Positions 28,968 through 36,692 of a stretch of 36,835 bases of DNA are shown one piece after another. Made by a program: the position numbers and the translations under genes. The notes beneath the pieces were generated by a model that had not been told where the DNA came from, did no database searches, and was given only the letters and a program-made list of their open reading frames with translations. Location of the stretch: NCBI GenBank assembly GCA_029856125.1, contig JAHQWJ010000061.1, positions 1-36,835 on the forward strand, written 5' to 3'. Within the stretch, counting starts at the first letter, position 1, and each line of letters starts with the position of its first letter. Source of the stretch: Promethearchaeia archaeon (GTDB lineage: Archaea > Asgardarchaeota > Lokiarchaeia > Sigyniarchaeales > SOKP01).

Positions 28968-29867
28968 ATGGTTAAACTAATGGAAATTCCTGACGAGGAA
29001 TTTATATATCCTGGCACTAGAGCGTGCGCGGGATGTTCAATGGCCTTAATATATAGAATAGCTCTAAAAGCTTTAGGACCAAATACAATAATTACTGTTC
29101 CTGCATCGTGCTTAACTGTTCTACACGGAATGCAAGGGTTTTGCACCACTAAAGTTTCAGTACTTCACACTCCATTTGCCACTACAGGTGCTTCAGCGTC
29201 GGGAATCGTTGCTTCACTTGAAGACAAAGGATTAGCTGAAGATGTTAATGTAGTTGCGTTTGCAGGGGATGGCGGAACCGTAGATATTGGAATTCAAAGT
29301 TTAAGCGGGGCTGTTGAAAGAGGAACGAATTTTATTTACGCTTGTTACGACAACGAGGCTTATATGAACACCGGGGTCCAAAGGAGCGGAAGTACACCAC
29401 TTGGTGCTTTTAGTACTACTACCCCTAATGGAAAGGTAGGATATAAGAAAAATATGGCTAAAATTTTAGAAGCACATGGTATACCTTACGTAGCCACAGC
29501 AATTTCCTCTTATCCTCTGGATTTATACGAAAAATTTAAAAACGCTATGAAAATTAGTGGTCCAAAGTATATACACATTCTCGCACCATGTCCTCCCGGA
29601 TGGGGGTATAATCCAAAAGATTCGATTGAAATCGGGAGATTAGCAGTTCAAACTGGTTTTTGGCCCCTCTATGAAGTGATTGAGGGCAAATTTGTATTAT
29701 CGAAAGATAGTAGCAAATATTTAGATCCTAAAAAAAGGAAACCTATCATAGAGTATTTGAATACTCAAAAAAGGTTCAAAAGCATATCTGATGAAGATAT
29801 TGAGAGACATAACGTTTATATTGAGGATCAATGGAAGCAGATTCAAAAAAGAATAGAAAATGAATAA
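28968..29867 (+). CDS. porB: 2-oxoacid:ferredoxin oxidoreductase beta subunit
   Basis: ACAGC, TPP motif GDGG...DNEAYMNTG, PCPPGW, TGFWPLYE. Confidence 0.95.
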   Translation: MVKLMEIPDEEFIYPGTRACAGCSMALIYRIALKALGPNTIITVPASCLTVLHGMQGFCTTKVSVLHTPFATTGASASGIVASLEDKGLAEDVNVVAFAGDGGTVDIGIQSLSGAVERGTNFIYACYDNEAYMNTGVQRSGSTPLGAFSTTTPNGKVGYKKNMAKILEAHGIPYVATAISSYPLDLYEKFKNAMKISGPKYIHILAPCPPGWGYNPKDSIEIGRLAVQTGFWPLYEVIEGKFVLSKDSSKYLDPKKRKPIIEYLNTQKRFKSISDEDIERHNVYIEDQWKQIQKRIENE

Positions 29868-30031
29868 CATTACCCCGTTTATATCTCACATCATTAGTTT
29901 TTTTATTTTTTGTTTGTATATAATTTTCTGCTGCTTTATAAAAATATATTTGATACATTCATTTTGATGGTCTGATGTATTAATATAGAAAAAGATATAA
30001 ATTACCCAGAGTTAAAAATATTTGAATATCT

Positions 30032-30817
30032 ATGCTAAAAACATACATTTTCGACGAAGCTAATAAAAATTGGATTGAAGAGCGATCAAGTTTGCTTTAC
30101 CACGATCTTTGCGCACTTCTGGACGAGGAACGTAATATAATTTACATATGGAACGGACCAAAAAGTTCTCAAGAAAGATTAAAAAAAGGATACGATCTAT
30201 TAAAAAAACTAGTTTCTAATTACCCCAATATTAATTTTCAAATCTCTGAAGTGAATAAAAAAGTTCCAGATTATGTTCAGATTAAAATAGACAAAATGTT
30301 GAGTGAAATAAAGCAAGAAGATAAAAAAAAAAACGATAAATTTTCAAGATTTATTACCCTAAGGCTTTATTTCATTTTTTCAATCCCAGCATTAATCTTT
30401 CCAATAATCTCATTTCTAAATCTAAGTACTTCGTTAGCTTGGAGAAAAACGGGATATAATTATGAAGTGAGTTCAGGACTCTATGATAATTGGCTTTCGA
30501 TTTCTTTATTATTTATAGTCCTTACAATAATTTCCTTTGCGATTATCTTAACTATAGGTATCATCGAAATCGATTACAAAATAATAACTTATTCAATTAT
30601 AGGACTTGTAGTTTCCAGTGGAATTGCTATTTATCTCCAACAAGGAATATTCTTGTTTTTATTTCAAGATGGATCAACAGCTTCAATCTACTATATTAAA
30701 CAAAGCGACATACTACAATTTCTTGTAGTAATCGTTTTTGGAATCGTAATATATGAAATACCAAATCTTGTAGAATTTATCAATTTCACCATAGTTTATC
30801 ATAAATTTATTCTTTAA
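30032..30817 (+). CDS. Membrane protein: N-terminal gelsolin-like domain + about 4 TM helices
   Basis: DLCALLDEERNIIYIWNGPKSS matches the gelsolin-repeat pattern D-h-h-h-h-D...I-Y-I-W-x-G-x-x-S; four hydrophobic segments in the C-terminal half. Confidence 0.7.
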   Translation: MLKTYIFDEANKNWIEERSSLLYHDLCALLDEERNIIYIWNGPKSSQERLKKGYDLLKKLVSNYPNINFQISEVNKKVPDYVQIKIDKMLSEIKQEDKKKNDKFSRFITLRLYFIFSIPALIFPIISFLNLSTSLAWRKTGYNYEVSSGLYDNWLSISLLFIVLTIISFAIILTIGIIEIDYKIITYSIIGLVVSSGIAIYLQQGIFLFLFQDGSTASIYYIKQSDILQFLVVIVFGIVIYEIPNLVEFINFTIVYHKFIL

Positions 30818-30855
30818 TTTATGGTAACTACTACTAAAATAAAGAACTAAAAAAA

Positions 30856-31737
30856 ATGTCCAAAGCAGCGAAAATTCTTCCCGATCTAGAGAAGGAAGAC
30901 CTAAGAATTTTAATGGCAATTGAGATCGGTATGAAACGATCAGAATTTGTTACAATAAATAACATTAAATTCTATTCAAGGTACCTTATGGAAGAGACTT
31001 TATTTCGTCTTAAAAAGGTTCATAAATTAGATTTAATAATAAGAGATTCTTCTAAAAACGAAGTAGGCTATACTCTCAATTCAGTTGGTTATGATGTCTT
31101 AGCTCTTCATGCCTTAGTAGAAAAAGAGATAATTGGACAATTAGGACCATTGATTGGAAAAGGAAAAGAATCAGATGTTTATGGATGTATGGATGATAAT
31201 GGGAATATCTTCGCATTAAAAATTTATCGAATTGGGAGAACTAGCTTTAAAAGCATTAAAAGGCTAAGGAGCTTCCTTGGAAATCGAAAACACGCGTCTT
31301 GGTTGTATGTAAATAGACTTGCTGCTAAAAAAGAATATGACGCACTAAACAAGATTTATGAACTTAAATTAGACACACCCAAACCAATTGGGTTTAATAG
31401 ACACATAATAGTTATGTCTTACTTAAGAGGAAAAGAATTAGCCTATCATAGCAAAATTAAAAACCCAATTAAAATGTTTAACAAAATTATCAAGCAAGTT
31501 AAAATAATTTACCAAAAAGCAAAAATGATACACGGAGATCTTGGAGAATTCAATATTGTTGTAGATCATAAAGATAATATCTTAATTATTGATTGGTTAC
31601 AATGGGTTCCTTCAGATCATCCAAATGCAAATTCCCTGTTAGAAAGAGATATAAGAAATGTGTGTAACTTCTTTCAAAAGAAATACCATATAGAAAGCAA
31701 CCCTGTAGAGATTATTCAATCATTTGAAAAAAAGTAA
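30856..31737 (+). CDS. rio2: RIO2-type serine/threonine kinase
   Basis: N-terminal wHTH (AIEIGMK...GYDVLAL), GKGKESDVY, GRTSFK, IHGDLGEFNI, IDWLQ. Confidence 0.93.
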   Translation: MSKAAKILPDLEKEDLRILMAIEIGMKRSEFVTINNIKFYSRYLMEETLFRLKKVHKLDLIIRDSSKNEVGYTLNSVGYDVLALHALVEKEIIGQLGPLIGKGKESDVYGCMDDNGNIFALKIYRIGRTSFKSIKRLRSFLGNRKHASWLYVNRLAAKKEYDALNKIYELKLDTPKPIGFNRHIIVMSYLRGKELAYHSKIKNPIKMFNKIIKQVKIIYQKAKMIHGDLGEFNIVVDHKDNILIIDWLQWVPSDHPNANSLLERDIRNVCNFFQKKYHIESNPVEIIQSFEKK

Positions 31738-31872
31738 ATTTGGAATTAATGCTTATTTATAGTTACTATTCTGGATTCGTCTGGACATCCTCTCTGTTGA
31801 CCTGTAACTAAAGGTTTTGATCATTACATATAGACAATAGTCAAATTGAATTTTATAATCTGACATTATAAA

Positions 31873-32751
31873 TTAACTATAATTATGGTCCGCGATAATT
31901 AATACCTGATGTTCTGGAACAAGGGGTTCACTAATTCCAACATATTTATTTTCAATTACATTAAATCCATATAATTTCAGAATTTTTTTCCATCCTTCCA
32001 GCTTAAGAAAATTAAGAGGTACATTGATATCTTCGTCTCCAATTACTCGATTGTAAAACCAATCAAAAAAACTATTAGTCATACTTATATCATCTTCCTC
32101 AATATAGGCTTCTATAATTACTAAGCGTTTTTTGGTTATTCTCGTTGCTTCCTTCAATAGATGTTCGGGGTCACTCGCATGATGCAACACAGTATATAAA
32201 ATAGTAGTATCTACTTCCCCATCTGCTAAAGGTATCTGTTCCTCTGGATTATATAAGATTAATGGTAAGTCTGTATAATTATAATCCACAATATCAACCA
32301 GTACGACTTCTTTCTTAAGTTGTTTTTTTATTTCTAACGCTAAAAGACCATCTCCCGCACCAAGATCAAGTATCTTCTCTCCTACGATGTAGTCTTCTAC
32401 TAATTCAAAACTCCTTTTTACACGTTTAATTGCATTACCCTTTCGATCTTTTTCATTATCGACGCGTTTTCTGAGAAACTTTCGCAGTGTTTCTTCAACC
32501 TTAATAAGAGGTATTCCTTTTTTCAGGCCTTTAGTTATGGTTCTGTTTACATATAACCAAAAAATATATCTTTTAAGAAAATTTAGATTAGCATTTTTCA
32601 TGGCAGATAAAAATAATGACTGGATCTCATTCCAATAGTGCTTGTTTTTTTTGTTTTTCTTAGAAAATACTGGATATATGAGATCTTCCACAACATCTAT
32701 ATCGTTTTGATTAGTAGGTTTGTAAAATTTAATTATATCTTCTTGAATCAT
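31873..32751 (-). CDS. Class I SAM-dependent methyltransferase with N-terminal extension
   Basis: ILDLGAGDG, VDIVDY, VLHHASDPEHLLKEA. Confidence 0.88.
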   Translation of the reverse strand: MIQEDIIKFYKPTNQNDIDVVEDLIYPVFSKKNKKNKHYWNEIQSLFLSAMKNANLNFLKRYIFWLYVNRTITKGLKKGIPLIKVEETLRKFLRKRVDNEKDRKGNAIKRVKRSFELVEDYIVGEKILDLGAGDGLLALEIKKQLKKEVVLVDIVDYNYTDLPLILYNPEEQIPLADGEVDTTILYTVLHHASDPEHLLKEATRITKKRLVIIEAYIEEDDISMTNSFFDWFYNRVIGDEDINVPLNFLKLEGWKKILKLYGFNVIENKYVGISEPLVPEHQVLIIADHNYS

Positions 32752-32779
32752 TTATTTGTCATAATCATTTAATTTTTAA

Positions 32780-32803
32780 ATAAGTGAGTATTTACTCACT
32801 TAT
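32780..32803. promoter_or_regulatory. Palindromic operator 1 (putative TetR site)
   Basis: ATAAGTGAGTA-TT-TACTCACTTAT: perfect 11-bp arms between the divergent methyltransferase and TetR genes. Confidence 0.8.
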
Positions 32804-32810
32804 AAAATTT

Positions 32811-32826
32811 ATGAGTAATTACTCAT
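32811..32826. promoter_or_regulatory. Palindromic operator 2 (putative TetR site)
   Basis: ATGAGTAATTACTCAT perfect palindrome sharing core TGAGTAnnTACTCA with operator 1. Confidence 0.8.
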
Positions 32827-32840
32827 TTAATATTATTATA

Positions 32841-33455
32841 ATGTCAAGCAAAAAATTTTCACGAAATAAACAAGAAAAAATTAACAAGATTTATGATACA
32901 TTTTTTAAACTAATTTTAAATCAAGGATATCACAAAACAAGCACAAATCATGTTGCAAAATCAGCTAAGATTAGTATTGGTACGATTTATAAATATTTTC
33001 CGAAAGGGAAAGAAGATATTATAAGAAAATATTTTGAAGAATCGATGGAAACTTTTTTGGATAGTCAGAATTTAAGTAACATGAATGAAGAAAATATAAG
33101 AGATTCTCTCAATCATTTTGTTTTAGATTTATTTAAAAATCACGAGGAAAATAAAGGATATAATCTAGCTTTTAGGTCCGCTATACAATCTGATAAAATA
33201 TTGCATAATGCACACAAAGAGAAGATTTTAAATATTTTTAAAGATAAAGTGCAGAAATTAAGGAAGACAAATGAAAATTTGAAACAAATATCCGAGAAAA
33301 GATTAGTCGATGTATTTATCTTCTTGTATAATCTTGTTAATGCGATTATATATCATCATTTATCTGTAATGGAATTATTTGATACAGATGATAAATTTGT
33401 TGAATATCTTTCAAATTTAGTAGCTTTTTCATTAAAGTATTATCTTAAAACGTAA
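32841..33455 (+). CDS. TetR/AcrR family transcriptional regulator
   Basis: GYHKTSTNHVAKSAKISIGTIYKYFP HTH; ATG 32841 preferred because upstream starts fall within the operators. Confidence 0.92.
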   Translation: MSSKKFSRNKQEKINKIYDTFFKLILNQGYHKTSTNHVAKSAKISIGTIYKYFPKGKEDIIRKYFEESMETFLDSQNLSNMNEENIRDSLNHFVLDLFKNHEENKGYNLAFRSAIQSDKILHNAHKEKILNIFKDKVQKLRKTNENLKQISEKRLVDVFIFLYNLVNAIIYHHLSVMELFDTDDKFVEYLSNLVAFSLKYYLKT

Positions 33456-33466
33456 CGGAAAAGCTT

Positions 33467-34087
33467 TCAAATGTTTCCCTCAATAATGTTATTTTTATTT
33501 AGACTACCTTGAATAATCACATCTTCTATATTCTTTAAAAACTCAGTTTTAAGGTCTATTGTAAGTGTTTTTAAATATGCTATTAAATCATCTACTTTCA
33601 ATTGTTTTCGTAAGATTGATAACTTTAAAAGCGAATTCTTCCGACCAACTCGAATTAATTCACCCAAACCTTTCTTTATGACTGGTAAATTTTGGAGCGA
33701 TGTGATTGAAAAAATTACATTAAAAGTATCTTGTCTTAGCGGTAAGTTTTCGATATCTCCTAAAATTAGATTTATATCTTCAATATCTTTTATTTTTTTA
33801 GATTTGTCACAAAAGTTCATTAGCATTTTCCAAGAAATATCTATTCCAATATATTTGACCTTCTTCTTTAGATTATCGATATTTAAGTTAAAAACATGTT
33901 CAATTAATAGGCCTGTACCACAACCAGCATCTAGAATGGTTTTATAATTTAAATTACAATTTCTAAAAAGAATTTTATACTTTTCTTTTTGGATTTTACG
34001 ATATCTATCATCATAAAAGCTTGCAGTTGAATTATATTTGGCGATAATATTTTTTTTTCTCTCTGAATCTTTAGTTGGAGGTTTCAA
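33467..34087 (-). CDS. Class I SAM-dependent methyltransferase
   Basis: YNSTASFYDDRY, ILDAGCGTG, GIDIS, GDIENLP. Confidence 0.9.
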   Translation of the reverse strand: MKPPTKDSERKKNIIAKYNSTASFYDDRYRKIQKEKYKILFRNCNLNYKTILDAGCGTGLLIEHVFNLNIDNLKKKVKYIGIDISWKMLMNFCDKSKKIKDIEDINLILGDIENLPLRQDTFNVIFSITSLQNLPVIKKGLGELIRVGRKNSLLKLSILRKQLKVDDLIAYLKTLTIDLKTEFLKNIEDVIIQGSLNKNNIIEGNI

Positions 34088-34180
34088 TATTCTTAGAAAG
34101 GTTTTAATTGAAAAAAGTTTTTCTTTAAATTATCTTTTTAATAATAATAATATATATGTTTTTTTAATAAGTGATAAAGA

Positions 34181-34435
34181 ATGTCAAGTCAGAATAATAG
34201 AAATAAGAACCCTTTAAATATATTACAGGCCGCTCAAAACAGTCAAATCTTGCTCAGATTAAAAGATGGTACAGAATACAAGGGTTTATTAAAAGAGATC
34301 GATGCTTACATGAACATGATTCTAGAAAATGCTACGGAAATCATGGACGGCAGCCCTGTGGCAAAATACAACGAGATTTTTATACGCGGGAATAATCTGC
34401 TGTTTATAAAACCAGATGCTTCTCAAATTATGTAA
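34181..34435 (+). CDS. Sm/LSm-family RNA-binding protein
   Basis: Sm1 EYKGLLKEIDAYMNMILEN and Sm2 EIFIRGNNLLFI. Confidence 0.95.
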   Translation: MSSQNNRNKNPLNILQAAQNSQILLRLKDGTEYKGLLKEIDAYMNMILENATEIMDGSPVAKYNEIFIRGNNLLFIKPDASQIM

Positions 34436-34449
34436 GTTGAGAGCAAAAA

Positions 34450-34893
34450 TTGAAAATTAGCAACACTCCAGATTCTAATTTCATTTCAGTTATTGGTTAT
34501 GGTACGTTCATAACCCGTGGTCTTTGGAAAAATAAATTCAATGTTGAAGTGTGCACTGTAATTAATTATTCAAGGATTTTCCCCGGAAATAACTGGTTCC
34601 CTTACGCGTTAAAATCAGCTGGCTCATTTAAAGCGTTAAAATTTGATGTTACTAAAGAAGAAATATATTTCTTGGATAAAATCGAAGGCGTAAACAACGG
34701 CTTGTTTAAACGAGTAATGGTTGATATTTTATTAAAAAATAATCGGCCCTCGTCTGCTTTTATGTACGTTCCTACTGAAGAGACGATAGTTTCTCAAAAA
34801 TTAGCTTTAGAATCAGACAAAATTGATCGATGGAAAGAGAAAATCAAGAAGATACCAGAAGTTGTAAGAAAATTTCCCGATTTGTTCACATGA
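34450..34893 (+). CDS. Gamma-glutamylcyclotransferase (AIG2-like) family protein
   Basis: GYGTF, FPYAL, LDKIEG...LFKR, AFMYV. Confidence 0.8.
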   Translation: MKISNTPDSNFISVIGYGTFITRGLWKNKFNVEVCTVINYSRIFPGNNWFPYALKSAGSFKALKFDVTKEEIYFLDKIEGVNNGLFKRVMVDILLKNNRPSSAFMYVPTEETIVSQKLALESDKIDRWKEKIKKIPEVVRKFPDLFT

Positions 34894-34947
34894 TTAAGAG
34901 ATAATCTTTGAAACTACAATTTTATTCCAAATATTTGAATATGATGC
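34894..34947 (-). pseudogene. Remnant of PPP phosphatase 3' end
   Basis: Reads ASYSNIWNKIVVSKIIS* versus ASYAIIRNKTVTPKIIS* of the intact gene (35632-35685), colinear without gaps. Confidence 0.8.
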
Positions 34948-35000
34948 AAATCAGCTAAATATATAAAAACTTTGACAATAAAAACAAAAATTCATCTCTC

Positions 35001-35375
35001 TTAGGGATAGTATATTCCAGGAGGATGTAATTTATGTTGACACTGTTGATTAAACGTATAACAAGGCTCGCAATACCATGCATTTAAAACAGGGTTGTAT
35101 ACTAAATCCAAATCTCTCCTACCGCACAAACTACAATGAACAACCGAACGGGAAAAATGAAGCTTCAATTTTTCGCTTTCAAAATATATTCTCAGATTTT
35201 TTTCTTTCTTTTCGGCGTAATTCAGCGATTCGTCGTGCCTAACGGTATCCATTTCTTTAATATATCTCGAATAATGAAGCTCAAATGCCTTACAAAGCAG
35301 ATTTCTTAATTCAGTTCTAATTTTGCGCAATCGAGGATCTTTAAGTGTGATTAATCGTTTTTCCTTTTTTCTCAT
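35001..35375 (-). CDS. Hypothetical protein with C-terminal CxxC...CxxC zinc finger
   Basis: Basic helical N-terminus, CSLC-x17-CEPC. Confidence 0.75.
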   Translation of the reverse strand: MRKKEKRLITLKDPRLRKIRTELRNLLCKAFELHYSRYIKEMDTVRHDESLNYAEKKEKNLRIYFESEKLKLHFSRSVVHCSLCGRRDLDLVYNPVLNAWYCEPCYTFNQQCQHKLHPPGIYYP

Positions 35376-35431
35376 AATTTAATAATAAAAAAATTAAAAT
35401 TTAAGCTTTATTCTCTTAAAAAGGCATCTGG

Positions 35432-35549
35432 GATTCTAGAGAACGCAACTGAAATCATGGATGGTAGCCCAATGGCGAAAGACAACGAAATTTTTATATG
35501 TGGTAATAATTTACCGTTTATGAAACCAGACGCTTCCCAAATTATGTAA
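35432..35549 (+). pseudogene. Diverged remnant of Sm/LSm gene 3' half
   Basis: 118 nt ungapped match to 34318-34435, 20 mismatches by manual count (15 synonymous, 5 non-synonymous); ILENATEIMDGSPMAKDNEIFICGNNLPFMKPDASQIM*. Confidence 0.92.
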
Positions 35550-35563
35550 ATTGAGAATATTCA

Positions 35564-35631
35564 TTGAGAAAAAACATTTTACTATATTCTGATTTCATTT
35601 AAGTTGAAATATTCCCAATCTATTTACATGA
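35564..35631 (+). pseudogene. Internally deleted GGCT remnant
   Basis: TTG at the same 15-nt offset after the Sm stop as in the intact locus; ATTCTGATTTCATTTAAGTT vs ATTCTAATTTCATTTCAGTT (5' part) joined to GAAATATTCCCAATCTATTTACATGA vs GAAAATTTCCCGATTTGTTCACATGA (3' part). Confidence 0.75.
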
Positions 35632-36528
35632 TTAAGAGATAATCTTAGGTGTCACAGTTTTATTTCTAATAATTGCGTACGATGCAGGAATTATGGGTAC
35701 CGTACCTCGATAATTAGCCGAAGAAAAAATTGACAGCAATCGTTTGTTAAAAAACCACTTGTAACCCTCAGGAAACCTTTCATGAGCTCTTATTAAGTAA
35801 TCTAATTTGTTTTCTCGCATAAAATCTGTAAATACATCCTTTCCAAAGAATTTTATATCTTTTCCCCTAAAACTTTCCGTAAAGCCTTTTAGATTGGGTT
35901 TAGGATCGTTCCACATAATTTGAAGTAGACTTTTAGCTGTGTTTTCAAAAGTCCAATTAATTTCTGATGTTTTAGTACCTCTTAATCTATTAATAGCATT
36001 AATATCCTCTGGAATGCCACCATGAAGACATAATATGGATTCATTAACTAAAACACAATAGGGAAGTGCGTTGTATATAGCTTCAACTTGGTTAAATTTC
36101 TTAGGGTCCTTAAATCGTTTCAGAAAATCTTGAAAAAACCCATAATTCTTATTAACTTCTAAGGTTTCGTGGTTCCCCCTTAGAAGATAAAATTTATTAG
36201 AATCTTTAATTTTCAATGCTAGGACCAAAATAAGACATTCTAACTGATATAAACCACGATCAACGATATCACCTAAAAAGATAACATATTTCGGGTTCTC
36301 TGGTTTGATGATTTCCACCAATCTCATCAAACTTTTCAAATCCCCATGGAGATCTCCAATTACAATTACTTTCTCATGTGGATATTTTTGCTTTAACTCC
36401 AATATTATAGTTTCTTCTCTAAACAGCTTAACTGCTTCACGAAAAACTAAACTAAGCTGATCAAAATCTAATTTAGTTATTAAGTATGGATTTTTTATTA
36501 TATTATTTAGGAATGATTGTTCTATCAA
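35632..36528 (-). CDS. PPP-family serine/threonine protein phosphatase
   Basis: GDLHG, GDIVDRG, LRGNHE, LHGGI, MWNDP, IRAHE, IFSSANY. Confidence 0.95.
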   Translation of the reverse strand: MIEQSFLNNIIKNPYLITKLDFDQLSLVFREAVKLFREETIILELKQKYPHEKVIVIGDLHGDLKSLMRLVEIIKPENPKYVIFLGDIVDRGLYQLECLILVLALKIKDSNKFYLLRGNHETLEVNKNYGFFQDFLKRFKDPKKFNQVEAIYNALPYCVLVNESILCLHGGIPEDINAINRLRGTKTSEINWTFENTAKSLLQIMWNDPKPNLKGFTESFRGKDIKFFGKDVFTDFMRENKLDYLIRAHERFPEGYKWFFNKRLLSIFSSANYRGTVPIIPASYAIIRNKTVTPKIIS

Positions 36529-36692
36529 TTTTCACATATGATTAAATGGTGCTATTTTAAAAATCTCTAATAACAATATCGTTATTTTAAAATTAATATC
36601 TTACAGTTTTATAAATAAAGGCTATGATTATAAAAGTAGATATAATAAAAGCCTTTAATGAAATGATTTCTAAATCGGTTTACTGAAAAATT

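Larger units (their letters stand above)
34318..34947 (+). repeat. Copy 1 of imperfect direct repeat (Sm 3' end - GGCT - PPP 3' end)
   Basis: Aligns to 35432-35685; includes perfect 21-mer ACATGATTAAGAGATAATCTT at 34888-34908 and 35626-35646. Confidence 0.9.

Noticed and set aside
1571-30919. Many short ORFs in the track overlapping real genes (e.g. 1571-1801, 2079-2282, 8783-9130, 9493-10014, 10862-11266, 22806-23147, 24411-24782, 30490-30699)
   Set aside because: They are antisense or off-frame shadows of well-supported genes, with no recognisable motifs.
31761-31811. TAGTTAC/GTAACTA inverted repeat enclosing a GGAT/ATCC stem between rio2 and the methyltransferase
   Set aside because: Arms are only 7 bp and there is no recognisable RNA motif; plausible by chance or a simple terminator between convergent genes.
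35432-35549. Diversity-generating retroelement template/variable repeat pair with the Sm gene
   Set aside because: Mismatches are not confined to adenines of either copy (e.g. cgc/tgt, gac/gat, tct/tcc) and are mostly synonymous; no reverse transcriptase is present.
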